The notes under the pieces were generated by a model, which did no database searches, was not told where the DNA came from, and worked only from the letters and a program-made list of their open reading frames with translations. The position numbers and the translations under genes were made by a program. A stretch of DNA of 64,000 nucleotides from Massalongia carnosa (Eukaryota): contig OZ287071.1 of the NCBI GenBank assembly GCA_965645245.1, positions 2,480,001 through 2,544,000 of the forward strand, written 5' to 3'. Below, in pieces: positions 1-12,807 of the stretch (positions are counted from its first letter, which is position 1; every line of letters begins with the position of its first letter).

Positions 1-807
1 TACTGGGGCAGATAAGTATCAGGTTAAAATGCCGCCAACAACCTACCAAACGTCTTCAAAGTTGGCTAAGGTTCTTTCAAATTTAATAGATCTTCAGCAA
101 ATACGCAGCGAAGGTGAAGCACCTGTTAAAAGGTATGCGCCTTCTTTCTTATTATTGATCAGCCACAAACGACCTGATATAGTTTGCAGCCTTGTATTCT
201 CCTGCTGGACCACAACCCTCACGCATCTTGGATTCGCCCTCGCTAGCCATAATATGCCGTTCGTACGTTTTGATGGCAGCCAGTCTCTTGGAGACAGGGC
301 ATCGAACATAAGCCGGTTCCAGTCAGAACCTGACCTTAAGATTATGTTACTCTCTATGGGCTGCGGTTCGGTCGGGTATATGCTCTGGGCCATTTTCAGC
401 GTTGACGATGGCTGATCTTCAACCTAGACTCAACTTAACGGCTGCATCATATGTACATTTTGTGGAACCTCAATGGAACCCGATGGTGGAAGCTCAGGCA
501 GCTGCACGCGTCGACCGTTTGGGCCAGACCAAAGATGTAGTAATTGTTCGCTACGTGGTTGAGAATTCGATAGAACTGGTTCGTTTCAAATTTAAAAATT
601 TTCTTTAATGCGCACACTGAAGCTAAATCCTTGTCAGAGAATTCAGGCTCGGCAGGAAAAAAAGCTGAAAGGCGCCAAGTTCTCTCTATCACAAATGACG
701 CAGGATCGAATGGCTGATCTGCCGGGAGATCTTATGGTATACAATCACTTTTTACCTTTAACATGTAATTACTCATCCAATACTAGGAGATTGAAGAACT
801 ACTATAG
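1..807 (+). CDS. SNF2-family (Rad5/Rad16-like) helicase, 3' end only (gene starts before the window)
   Basis: Spliced reading gives SSKL...KSLVFSCW...FVRFDGS...IMLLSMGCGSVGLNLTAASYVHFVEPQWNPMVEAQAAARVDRLGQ, the helicase C-terminal motifs of SNF2 proteins. Four short GT-AG introns (first at 133-189). Stop TAG at 805-807. Confidence 0.88.
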
Positions 808-3180
808 AGGCCTTCGAACTCGATCGCACTTGCATCACCTAGGCATGTCTACAATCGCAGCTGAGATCCTATTGAATCTAGGAAGATCTAAGCCTTTCAA
901 GGAGGGTTCAAATTATAATCTGCGGTTCTAGACCACTGTATGACCCATTCATGAGACATCTGTAAGCGAAACATATTCTTTTTTATGAATGGCAATAACA
1001 GAGCGTCACCTAAACTGTGAATACAATAAGACTTAACGTATTATCCAACCGTTTTAGGAGGGGTGAGGGGTGTAAGCTTGCAAAACCAAAAGGTAGGGGA
1101 AAACTGGTCCTTTGCCCACCAGAGCGATTTGAACTGCTGATCCAAGGTGGACTCTGCGTTAAACTCTACCTCAGTCGGTCCGGAATTCTATAAATATAAA
1201 CAGAATTACTGAAGAACAGAATAGGAAAACCATGCTAGACGGCATAGCCAACTAACCTATAGAATTTTTCCTAACAGACGAGAGGAAACACAGACAAAGT
1301 TTACCTTACCAATTTCCCATCATCTTTTAATTTCTCCATGAATTGCTATAAACCAGGAGTATGCAATAACTATAGCTTAACTAGTTCCTAAGTTCACATC
1401 AAACTAAGAGGTCAAGTATATAGTACAAGCCGAAAAACAATCTATCTTCTTTCATTATGTTGCTTTCTTTTCATTCTTAATGGCTTATTCCTGCTTCCTC
1501 TTCCCCTCCCCCCTCCTTTCAGTCCCTATTTGTCCTAATTCCAAGACTCAAAAAAGTAATTCGGCTAGGGCAAAAAGGAAATGGCAAGACCGAGTGAAGG
1601 CAGGCCGTAGCCAGCCGATGATGTTCAAATAGTTGGACAAAGAGGGGAGAAAGAGGGCATAAATAGGTGTCCTTCTGGAACTCTTCTCCTCATCATCACC
1701 GTTGATTCGGAGTCCAGAATCAAACGGTTTTTTTTCCAACTCACTCAGTCATTGAATCAGCCGCATAGGTAGATGGAGTTCTTCCCCTCACTGCTGCCAA
1801 AACAAAGCCATTATAGGAGGGGCCCTCAGCAAAACTGAGAGTCAGTCGGGCAGCGGCGGAGGCGGAGTTGTTCAATCATAGAACGTAGTTGCATATATAT
1901 TCAGCCGACACGATGGAGCCTGCGAATTACGTGACGATTATATTTTCCAATCTTCTCACCTTCTATAATATCGCTTTAATAACATCCGACCTCTTTAAAA
2001 AGCTTCAACCTCAAAACATCCTCATCTAGCATGTCTTCTCAAGAAAGTACTTTACAACCCTCTTATCCCATCCTTTCGTTTTCATCTTTCCATAAGCCAG
2101 CTTCCTCTCACCTCTAGAATAGTCGTGTATTCTCTACTTTGAGAAGGGAAGAAAAACCGAAGAAGAAAGCAAAATCGGTCATCTATTATTTACAAGTTTC
2201 TTTTCTGACAATCAATAAGGATATGTCAAAAAAGAGATAGCGGAGCTGGAATAAGATCAACTCGTTCTGATCTCCTCTTCTTATTAAACTTGATGCTTCA
2301 TTTGTTATGAACATAGCAAACGTAACACCTCCCTCCCTCTCCCACGTCTCCGATCCAATCCCTATTTTTTCTATACTGTCCCCCATCCAATCCCAGCAAC
2401 TCTCTCCCTCCCATTTCAGTCTATCCCCTCTTTCTCCTTCACAAACCTAACTAACTAATATCCCTTTCCCGGACCCAATCAAGCCAACTTACCTTTCCCC
2501 ACCTTCCCCTTCATTCACCTTTCCCCCTTCCCCCAACCCTCCCGTTTCCATTTTTCCTCCATCCGTCCAACCAAAAAATTACCAGCCAGTTCTCTCTCTA
2601 TATTCATCTTTTCATCCCTTGCTCAAGTATTTTACGTTTTGTAGTGTCACTTTGGGAGATCAAGGAAGAGGCGACTTTGAAGAAGTCCTGAAAATGAATA
2701 CGCCAACAACGAATAATGGTAATAGTAAGGAGGCGAGAGATCCATGAATATATAGAGGGAAGGGGAAGGGGAAGGGAAAACACAAGAATGGAAAGACAAG
2801 AGAGGGAAATTTTGTGGGAGCTGATTTAGACACATAGACATCAGTCCGATACTATATCAATCTATCTCCCTACCATCGCCCATCCCCATCCCCATCCCTC
2901 TCTCTCATACACACACATAAAAAAACACACCTGCACCACCAGCTAGCTAATGGATTAGGTGAATAGGTGAGGAAACGAATCACTATATAGCCAACAATTC
3001 AGATCAACAAGTCATCCTACACATACTGTGCAGTATCTATGTACTAGTACCCTAGGTAACTACTCGTACCAGATGACGAGCGGGGCACGGGGTTACTGGT
3101 AGATTGAGAGTAGATCAGATCACATTCCTCGCTCGCTCCTTCCCTCCATCTATCTATCCCTTTCCCACACACCCACCCAC

Positions 3181-3229
3181 ACCGCACCGCACCGCACCGC
3201 ACCGCACCGCACCGCACCGCACCGCACCG
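3181..3229. repeat. (ACCGC)n pentanucleotide microsatellite
   Basis: About 10 near-perfect copies read directly. Confidence 0.95.
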
Positions 3230-3665
3230 TACCACACCACATCTCACTTCCGCGCCCATTTCCGTTTTCCGATTATTGCTTTCCCTCAATCTGGAAAGTA
3301 TGTAAATAGGTAGGTACTTCTGATAAGATATATAGGATAGATAGGTGAATGAGTACCCGCCGAACCTAAGAGCTAAGACCTAAAGTATCAAGGGAGGGGG
3401 GGTGGGGAAGGAAGGAGGAGAAAACCATGAAGAGGAAGAGGAAGAAGATAGGATAGGGTAGAGTAGGGGGAAGATAGACGGATGGACAGGCGTTGAGGAA
3501 TGATGGAGGTTTGGATGGATCTGTCACGCAGGAGAGAACGTCATCGGTCTTTCGATTATGTGGCGTTACATTTCTACCTTTATCGGGATGGATATCTAGC
3601 CCATCTCCTCCCTAAACCTAAACATCCCCACTCCTAAGACACATCTCCCCACCAACCGCACCTCA

Positions 3666-5933
3666 TCACCCCCTCCTCCCCGCCTCCACCCTCCCAAGGA
3701 ACCTCTTAACGCCAACCCACTCCTCCCCCCTCGCACCCTCACCCGCCAAGTCCGTGCCCACCTCGAACACGCTGGCAACACCCGCCGCCCCGCCGACCGC
3801 CAGCCGCTTCCCCTCTTTTTCCTCCCACACCACACGATTCAAGCTTTTAGCCGCATACCCCACCCCACCTAGCGCCGCGGCTTTGATTTTATTAGGTTCA
3901 GGCGTTGCCGACGCGGCGGGCACCTCGGTGTCGAAGATCAGGTCCCACACCTCGACGTTGCCGGCGCCGTCCACGAGCGCGAACACGCCCGGTTTGTGCG
4001 GCGACCAGCGCGCGTCGTAGACGACGTCTTCGCGCACGAACTCGAAGAGTGGGACCACCTGCTGCTCGTCGCTCGCAGCGCCAGGGAGTTTCCCGGCTGC
4101 GAGTGAGGCCGTAGTAGGAGGGACAGCGGGCACGCTGGCGAACGAGGAAGAAGGGGGGCGGACTTTCCACAGCTTGACGGTCCAGTCAAGGGAGCTGGAG
4201 AGGAGCAGCTCGCCTAGATCAAGAGGCCCGCGGGCGGGGTGGAAGTCTAGGCTCATGACGGGAGCGGAGTGGCCTTTATACCGAATGCGGGGGTCGACAC
4301 CAGCTTTCGCTCCGGCGCGGTCGTAGCGGTGGCAGGGATAGATGGTGCCTTCTTCCGTGCCGACAAGGAAGGAGGTGGGATCGGAGGAGGGAAAAGACAT
4401 GCATGTTGGGCTAAGGTCTTCTGTTTTGCTGGGGGGTGGGGCGGTGAGTTCAAGGTATTCCTGCGGCTGGCTAAGCATGTCGACGGTCCAGCCACAGACG
4501 ACACCGTCGGTCGAGCAGGATATTATGTTGTTGGCGTTCTGGGTGCCGACAAGGGAGATGGAGTAGACTGGGTGGGTATGGCCGCCGGTTGAAGCGCCCG
4601 TGAGCGGGGTTTTCTGCACGGGGAGGGGTGACTTCGACCGCGTGTCCCATAGCAGGACTTGCCCACTATAAGAGCCGCCGAGGATTAAAGAAGGGTGAAA
4701 GGGCGAAAATTTAGCGGTAAGGATGTCGGAGGTGCTGTAAAATGTATATTCAGGACGGGAATGGAGGTGCATGTTCCATATTTGCAGCAGTCCCGACGGA
4801 TCTTGGGGAGCTGAAGGGTTCTTGGTGTAGGAGGCCAAGAGGAGCTCAGGAAACTATTTGGGTTAGTATTTAAACAGAAATGAAAAATCTATCTCCTACC
4901 TTTGGAGAAAAAGCTAGGTCACTGATCATACGTTTCCTGCTCCATCGCTCGTCGTAGAACTGTGTGACTTCTTTGATTTGTCTTCCCTTTTTCCCTTTGG
5001 AGCTTCCATATCCTTCGTCTTCATCCTCGTCAATGCCTTCGAGGCCGTCAAGCGCATAGTCGGCGAGTACATCATAATCTTGTTCCAACGTTCTTTCGAT
5101 TATTTTACTTGATCTATCTATAAATTCGAGAAACTCCTTGGACGAGGTCACAGCATTTAATTCCTCGTTAGTCAAGGCTCGTACTGGAAAATTGGGGTGC
5201 GCTGAGGAACTCGGCCTGTCTGGGACTGGCTCTCTGGCAGCCTTCAGCTCCTCTTCAATCTCCTGCCTGAGATTTTGCCGAAGTTCCTCCTCCCTTTCCC
5301 GCTCTCTTCGGCTCAGCCTCTTTGAAGCTCTGGGTGTGCGAGCAGAAAATGATTGGTCCGAGTCCGAGTCTACATCCCTATTATTCGATTTAGTTTTTTG
5401 TTGCGGAGACCACGGCTCAGATGTTTGGATGCCTCTGCTGTACGATAAAGCTTCATGTATAGGGGCCGGCACAAATTCATAGTTTGTCGCTATAGGCGTG
5501 GTAGATAAGGTCTGAGAAGCGACCGATACGTTTTGAAGTTGTACGGTTCTCGACGGACTGCCAGAATCAGGGTCGACATTTTCGTGCCCAAGCCTACTCG
5601 CGCCGAGTATCGAGTTTGGCCGACTGTTCCGAGAGCTTGGGGAGAAATTGCCAGCATTTCGGGGACCAGTGGAAGCAGGCCTTTCTGGAATTAACTCATT
5701 GAGAATTTTTTCAAGTTCTTGAGGGTCGTTTGAGCGGGAGGCGGTTGGAGTTGCTAGCTAAAGAAAGAGGTAAGCATCTTGAGGTCACTTGAAAAGAAAA
5801 TATTTACATCAGGAGTTTCGCTCGCCGAGTCTCGTTTTGCAAATTCCTTTTGTCGTTGCTCACGCTCTTCTCGCTGACGCCTCAGCTCTGCTAACTTTGC
5901 CTTTTTGGCCAGAATTTCATCTTTGCGCTGCAT
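3666..5933 (-). CDS. nudI: Cytoplasmic dynein intermediate chain (WD40)
   Basis: Exons 5933-5808, 5757-4900, 4853-3666 join in frame (723 aa). N-terminal coiled coil MQRKDEILAKKAKLAELRRQREERE, acidic linker, then WD40 repeats (FSPFHPSLILGGSYSGQVLLWD, GHTHPVYS, LLSSSLDWTVKLW, DVVYDARWSP) typical of dynein IC (NudI/Pac11). Confidence 0.92.
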
Positions 5934-6390
5934 ACTGATTTTCTGTTATATACGTTTGGAAAGTGATGTGAGAATTTAGATTGTGATCTCTTCAACACCA
6001 TTGACCTAGAATATTACTCCTCTTCGGACATATTTTGGGCAATGATAGCTGAGCGGTACTTTCATCCACTTTGCAGTGGGATATCAGTTACTTGAGAGTT
6101 ATGGCTTCAAAGTCCCGATATCTTCTAAGCTTTATGCAGTGGTTTTATCCAGCTTGCGGATAAGATTTGTGGCCCAAGCTCTAACTAATTGCATAAAATT
6201 CCAAATCCCACATTTCACTCTACCCCCGATCCAACATCACCATTTCAGTCTACCAAACCCTCCTTCTCTACGAAACAAGACACTTTGCGGGCACACAGAC
6301 CTACAAATTCAATTGGTCTTTTCTCCCACATCACCGCTCAATTGGCCCGCGATCACCCAGACCTTAACCCCTGCGCTTACCACCGCCCAG

Positions 6391-6997
6391 ATGGCCTCTT
6401 CAGGCGTGAACGTGAGTCCTCCCTTACAACCCGTTCGCCTTCCGCCTCCTGCCTCATCCCACTGTTACAGACTATCGAAGAATCGCGTATCTAATAGCTT
6501 TCCCCGCAATAGATCCTCCGCTACTCCGCCCTTGGCCTTGGCGCATTCTACGGCTTATACCACCAATCGAGCCTCACTGCCAAGGCGACGCAAAACAAAA
6601 TTGAGCGCGAACACCAGCACCAATCGAGTCTGGTGCAAAAAGCTAAAGCGGAGTATTTAAAGCAGACGTTGCCGGCGGGGAGCAAGGGGGCAGGGGGAGG
6701 TGGTGAGTTCAACCCGTTCCTCATTCTTGGCTATACTTGAAGCAATATGGGAGAAGAAACGGGCGAGGTATGAGGACTTATGGAACTGGATCTACGGTGG
6801 CCTGGTGGAAGGTGGAGGCAACCCCTTGGAACAGCAAAGGCGACAACAGAATATCATTCATCGCATGACTACCATGTGCCCCTCCCGTGTACAAATGGTT
6901 ACTAAACATTCTTTATTCAACAGTGATAACCGACCCTGACGACACTCGCTTCGACCTAGAAGCCTACCTCACCATGAAAGCTGCCGAACAGCCGTAA
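6391..6997 (+). CDS. ATP21: Mitochondrial ATP synthase subunit e (missed by the ORF track because it is spliced)
   Basis: Exons 6391-6411, 6513-6702, 6924-6997 give 94 aa: MASSGVN/ILRYSALGLGAFYGLYHQSSL...QKAKAEY...VITDPDDTRFDLEAYLTMKAAEQP. The N-terminal LRYSALxxGxxxG transmembrane motif is characteristic of fungal subunit e (Tim11/Atp21). Confidence 0.9.
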
Positions 6998-9202
6998 TAA
7001 ACGCCAAGTCTACAAAATATAGAACAGAGATACAAGGAATGAGTTTTCCTGAGCCGAATAGGCATATGTGTACCAGTATTATTTCCCGCGGAGGGCATGG
7101 GAAGTCGTAGTGTATCTTGCAAGTACCCGGGAGAGGCAAAGAATATCCATTTGATCCCGGACCAAAAACCAGGCAAGTCAACAGGCGCATTAGAGTCGCG
7201 TTACTTTGGAGATATTGTACATATATACAGAAAGACAATCATTCGATGCGTCGATTTCAATTGCACTCTAAATTTTGCAGAATGATGCTTTCGACGGATT
7301 TTGTTGTTCGCAATTAAGCTATACAACAATCTTAATTAAAAGGTTCCAAATTCCGACTCTGCAGTGCATATTCTTACTTTTCATTTGAAAATCCTCCATT
7401 TCTTTATTAAAATAACTAAGTCACCATGTAACATATAATCCGATAAATCAAGAAGATTTGTATAGAAAAGATAGAGAAGTAAATAAATTGATGGGTGAAT
7501 AAATAGAAAGGGGAAATAAAGAAGCGGAGATAGGGAAACATTGCACGAAAGCTAAACAGATGAGCCTTAGATAAAAAGAAAACCGACAAAAGACAAGACG
7601 GAACCAACGAAAAGAAACGAGCAAGCTCGCGAGACCAACTAGTACCCCACAAGCAAAAGAAACGCCCGACCTCACCCACCCCACCAGACTTGAATTCCTG
7701 ACAACGTTATCTTCGTTTCTCCCCCCCCCCTTTTCCTTTCCCTTCCCCCTTTAAGCCCTAAACCCAACAGGTATCTTAGGGTTACAAGGAAATTTAAGCA
7801 GGCGAGCAACTCCGTGCAAACAAACGAGACAACAGGAACACCGGAAAGGTGGGGTTTGCCACTCTGATTATTTCCCCCACCTTTTGCCTGCCACCAGCTC
7901 GAGTGTTTAAGATGAAGAGTGGAAAAGGAATGGAATTGGACTCCCCCCCCCGCCCGCCTTCCAACCCAAGAACATACTTTCGTTTGATGCACCCGTATTG
8001 ATAGCCAAAGAAGAAATCCGATAGGCCCTGGATACCTATTCCCAGATGGACTGACATTATCTTTTCGTGCATACTGGTCTGATTGGAGCATGTAGATTCC
8101 TGGCTGCAATGCCATCATCCCACCTTTCACCTGTAAACTTCCTTCGGAAGATTCCGTCCACCATGATGCCCTTCTCTATAGCTAGCTATGCCTGAACGCC
8201 GCAGGGATGAATCTAGATATGTGACGATGGAAACAAAAAAAAGGGAAATTCCGAGGATGGGAGATAGGTACATGCATTGTCCCGTGTGGCGCTCCTTGCT
8301 CCACAGGTGGCTAGCTCTCCGCTATTGTACAATCGGGATTTCATGTCCATACATGTGCATGTTTCAACGTATGTGTGTATGCCGTGTTGGGGATGGAAAG
8401 AGATCGAAGGGGGCTGGTTGGTAGGTTGGAAGGCATTCTCTAACGGGTAGTTAAAGGGGAGTTTGGAGAGTAGATCCATTCATTAGGGCTCTAGAATGTG
8501 GATTCTCAGTTACATGGTTCGGTCTCGTGTCTTCCGTGTTTATTGATCTTTCAGTCTCTCTTCCTTGCTGTCGTTATTCCTAGCTCTTGTAACTCTAGTC
8601 TTCCATATAACCCTAACCCTATCGATGGATGAATCCGGACGGACGAGAAGACAGGTTGGAACTTGTATCAACAATAAATTAACCATAAGTAGATCACTCT
8701 CCCTTTTACTGGACCCTTCTCTCCTCTTTCTGCTATTAACAACCTAACCCAGCTCCTCACTCCTTCTTGCTCTCCCTCCCTTCCCCCACATATTTCATCC
8801 GACCAAACATGGTGGAAAAAGCAGTCATATTATCAATTAGCTAGTAATTTGAAAGAGTTTGTGATAAGTGGAGGAAGTAAAGATGGAGTAGTAGGAGATG
8901 GAGGAGAACTAGTGAACTTACGAAGGTAAACTGATGGAGTACCAGGTGTCCAATATAATCGCAAAAGGCCGATGTTCACAAAAAAAAACAAAAGGCTCAT
9001 AATTATTTCCTTTATTTTTTCCTTATTCACGTGTTCGTTGTAGAAAAGTTCCTGCATTCAGTATCTTGACCCTTTTTACCTTTTTTTACCCCCACCCTTT
9101 AAGTTCCTAAATCGTTGATCAATCTCGATTCTTCATGTTTGTTTCGGCGAAGCAATGAGCACACGAATTGAAAACAAAGTTGAGGAAGGAGAAGAGAAAA
9201 GA

Positions 9203-9277
9203 GAAGAAAAAGAGAGAGAAGAAAAAGAGAGAGAAGAAAAAGAGAGAGAAGAAAAAGAGAGAGAAGAAAAAGAGAGA
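9203..9277. repeat. 15-bp purine-only minisatellite (GAAGAAAAAGAGAGA)x5
   Basis: Five exact tandem copies. Confidence 0.95.
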
Positions 9278-9743
9278 GCAGAAAGAAAGAAGACAGGGAA
9301 AGAAGGAAAGGGGGCAGCGATGAGAGAAAAACTCACCTTTTCAAGTGGAGGAGATGAAGGGAACAGGCAGTAAAAGAGTGCAAAAAAGACAAGAATCCAA
9401 CTGATTGAACGCTAAGGGATGGGAAATAAGAGTTCTGAAGAGAAAAAGAAGGGGGAGAAGGGCGATAAAGGAGTTGGTTGATTGGATGTTTGAGTTGAAG
9501 AGGAAGTTGAAGAACTCGAGAAGAATGCATCGAGACCTAGAAATTCATTCTGAATGAGGTGGAGGAATGAGTTGATAATGTGATGGATTGAAATTTCCGA
9601 GAGACAGAGAGGAGTAAAAGCAGTAAGGGTTATGATGCAAAAATCCTAAGCTACTGTTCCGATCGTTGCAAGAATTTCTCTCCTTGAGAGAAGACATGAT
9701 AATAAAGGGAAAATCAACTGGCTATGAAAAGCTAACAACTGAC

Positions 9744-11898
9744 TCAAAAAGTGTATCGAAACCCCTCCTAAGACGTAGATTAGCACTGGGGGTTCGATGA
9801 AATACTGCATATCCTAATCGTACCGTTTTCTCCAAAACTCTTGTGCCTCGCCTTTGTTTCCGGTTCGCGGAGAAGAAGTAGACAGAAAAAGCCAACACGA
9901 TTGCTATGATTATGATGTGCGAGCTGTACCTTTGTCAGACGTTTACCTTGAGTAAGCAGAGAGAAAAATTCTCACCCTATTGAAACCGAGATTGCCGTAA
10001 TATATCCGGGAGCTTCGTTTTGCCGCACGATAAAGCTGCCCGCAACCCCGCCAAGACCATTGCAAGCGGTAGTCGCTGCCGCAGCGACGACTCGCTTCCA
10101 TTGTCTAAGATGGGTAGAGAATTTAGCATTGGCTGAAGCGTGTGATGGGAGATTCAATGCTTTACCCAGCGATATTATTGGCCTGATAAGTGTTCAGGGC
10201 TGCCCAGTTGGAGATGTAGGCACCGGTGGCTAAGTACACCCCGACATAGCGGACTGTAACCTGTTTTGCAAAGCCTAGCATGGCGAAGCCGGTGATTAGG
10301 CACAAGGAGTTAAAGGAGATGATGGGGCCTCGGAGCTTAAATTCTGAAAACATTAGTTATTCTGAAGGAAAAACCAATCAGAGTCTGACGTACTGTCCCC
10401 TAGGCGGGATGATATTAAGGCAGGAATAACCGCCCAGGCGTATGGCTATTGGTTTGTTAGAAGAAGTAATATATCCCTGCCCTGGTGACCCACGGGCGCT
10501 GCCAACAAAATGGCTTTATTTTCACTAAACCCCATACCCCTCTGTAGACTAGAATTTCTCAGTAACTAAGTATCCTAACATGATAGTGATCTTACATTAT
10601 TGGCAAGAAGTAGGCAAGGCCTGTAGTCACCAAGTTCTGCCCCTCAAATTAGCAACATATGCAAGAACTACAGCGTTCAACCCACCAGAAGGAACAAGGC
10701 AGCAGCAAAGCCGTAAATCTTGAGATCAAGAAAATGAACCAAGATCTCGGACCAGGAAAATGGTGTCGGTAGGACATCTTTTCGGTCGCGCTGAATCCTT
10801 GCAACTGCCAGCTCCATTTCTGGCCTATCAAGGAAGTAAAAGCTTAGATGAGCATTTTCGGGGAAATCGATAATCCAGAAATAAGTCACCAAGCCGATCG
10901 TGATGGCTATCTGGTCCGTGTTAATGACGAGGTATCGACTACCAATCTTTTAATAAGAGAAATACCAATCCCTGAACCAAAAACATCCATTGCCAACCTT
11001 TCAGACCACTTCGGCCATCTAAATGATTTAGCTATAATCTGTAAGTTTGACAATCTTCATATCACTATATGAAATACATTCGAGTTAATGAGTACCGGTA
11101 CACCGAATAAAACAAGTACCCATTTTCAAGGCAGGCATGAACAGCATTAATAAAAACAAGATAGACAAAGAAAAGGTGCTGTATCACAGCGCAGGAGATT
11201 AAATACCCCAAAGTTCAGGATATTCCCTGCTGCCAAAACGATACATTGGCCGGTTTGCAAAAATGCGAAGCGAATCTGCTGCTCCTCTAGTTCTCATCAG
11301 CACATGTAGTTATTTTATTCCCATGTCAACCAACCTCGCTTGTACCAGGTAGAAACTAGCAGTGCAAGGCCTGGATATATTCCAGCCTATTTCAAGAAGG
11401 TCAGTGTTGTTTTACCGCCTTGCAAAGTACGTCGGTACCATGAAGATGCCTAGCAATACTCGCATGAGTATCATTTGCTTCCATGTATGGATAAATGCTG
11501 TACACTGAACTTGCTGAGCATGACAACCGTTCGGATGTTCTTTAGGTGCGTACCAATGTAATGATACCAAAGAATGTTGTTGTGAGCAAAAAGAAGATTC
11601 TGGGGCCCACGAGACGCACTGCAATAGTGGCAGGTAGCTGAAAAGTTACACTTGCTACAGTAAAGATGAGAATCGAAACCGAATAACGGTTCCCATGATC
11701 AAGTCCAAGGTCGGACAACATTGACGTTACGGAAGCGCTGGATATAATGCCGCTGTCTAATAGATTCAAACTACATAGCAATCCGCCAATAGTGCACAGC
11801 CTAAGGTCCACCTTTCGTAGTAATTTCTTCTCTGTGGCCGCTTCGTTCTGGTCTATTGTGTTGTCTTGCTCGACCTCCGTATCGGAGCCGATTAACAT
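9744..11898 (-). CDS. MFS transporter, Dal5/Tna1 (allantoate/nicotinate permease-like) family; multi-exon
   Basis: EKKLLRKVDLRL, NRYSVSILIFTVASVTFQLP, LLVSTWYKR, GLKGWQWMFLVQG, YQANNIAGQWKR and terminal EGFRYTF* are typical of fungal anion:cation symporters. Many short introns. Start ATG at 11898 is inferred; substrate unknown. Confidence 0.85.
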
Positions 11899-12807
11899 AC
11901 TGTCAATGAAAGAAGTAATTAATGTGGAAGACTTCCGACAACCTAGACAAGAAAGTAACACTATTATTAAGAACAGAAGGAACGGGAGTCTCGTTTAAAT
12001 ATCAATAGAAAATCAGCAGATGTATGATGCTCTGTATGACTGGACACCAAACCGTAGGCCTGGTGCCAGAGGTGATTCCACTAGTTTACAGAATACAGGA
12101 GCCTTTGATGATGTGTAGACTTGCATTAGCGTTGCTATATGGCATCCAGATAGCAAGTCTAGGCATTTCGTGTTTAGATGTGCAACGGTGCAGAAAAATG
12201 CAAAGGTTTTGAGTTCTTCATGTCTCGGACAAGAATAGAAGCTGTGTATTGGAGCGCTTGTAGAGTGAGAGTGTCCTCTTATGCCAATGGAAAGCAGAAG
12301 GATGTTGAACGTTACTAGCTAGAATGATGAAGGATCTCGCGTGCATACATTTATAACCGGTACAGAGCGCTAGACAAGGTGGATGCCCGCGGCTCCTCTC
12401 GTACGGGATGCCTCCGGGAAAACTCGAATTCCGATTAGCGAGTAAATCCCTGAGTACCCTTGTACAGAGTATACACTTTGATGTACTCGACAACCGGAAG
12501 AATAGTGCACTGTCGCTGTGGTGAGAAGTCATTCTACGAAACGGTGTCAACATATCTACTCGACCAGCAAAATAATCTTTTGTTGATGAAATGGGTTGGT
12601 TTTCTAACATCGAAATCAGTGCCTATCTTTCTCGGTTGAAAGGGAACGCCATACGAAATCAGTCTATCTTTGATCGGATCTTGGGACTGGTAGTGTACAT
12701 GTGATTCGGCATTTTTTGCAATCATCAATTCATGCTACATTGAAGATCTCCTTAGCAAAACTTTAAATTCTCACAGGTATTTCATCTGAGATCTTCTGCG
12801 TAAAGCA

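Noticed and set aside
133..189. 57-nt in-frame intron in the SNF2 gene as a regulated event
   Set aside because: Short 3n stop-free introns arise often by chance and nothing else suggests regulation here.
1112..1185. tRNA-like GTTCAAATC on the minus strand followed by a GC-rich run
   Set aside because: No complementary acceptor stem, D arm or anticodon arm could be folded.
9133..9373. ORFs with EEKER or SSLSF repeats (likewise 3044-3313 and 50099-50327)
   Set aside because: Translations of simple repeats in low-complexity intergenic DNA.
11032..11206. 175-nt intron in the MFS gene as a possible TPP riboswitch or nested intron
   Set aside because: Lacks the CTGAGA and CTTGAT...AGCG core of TPP aptamers; no clean internal intron could be defined.
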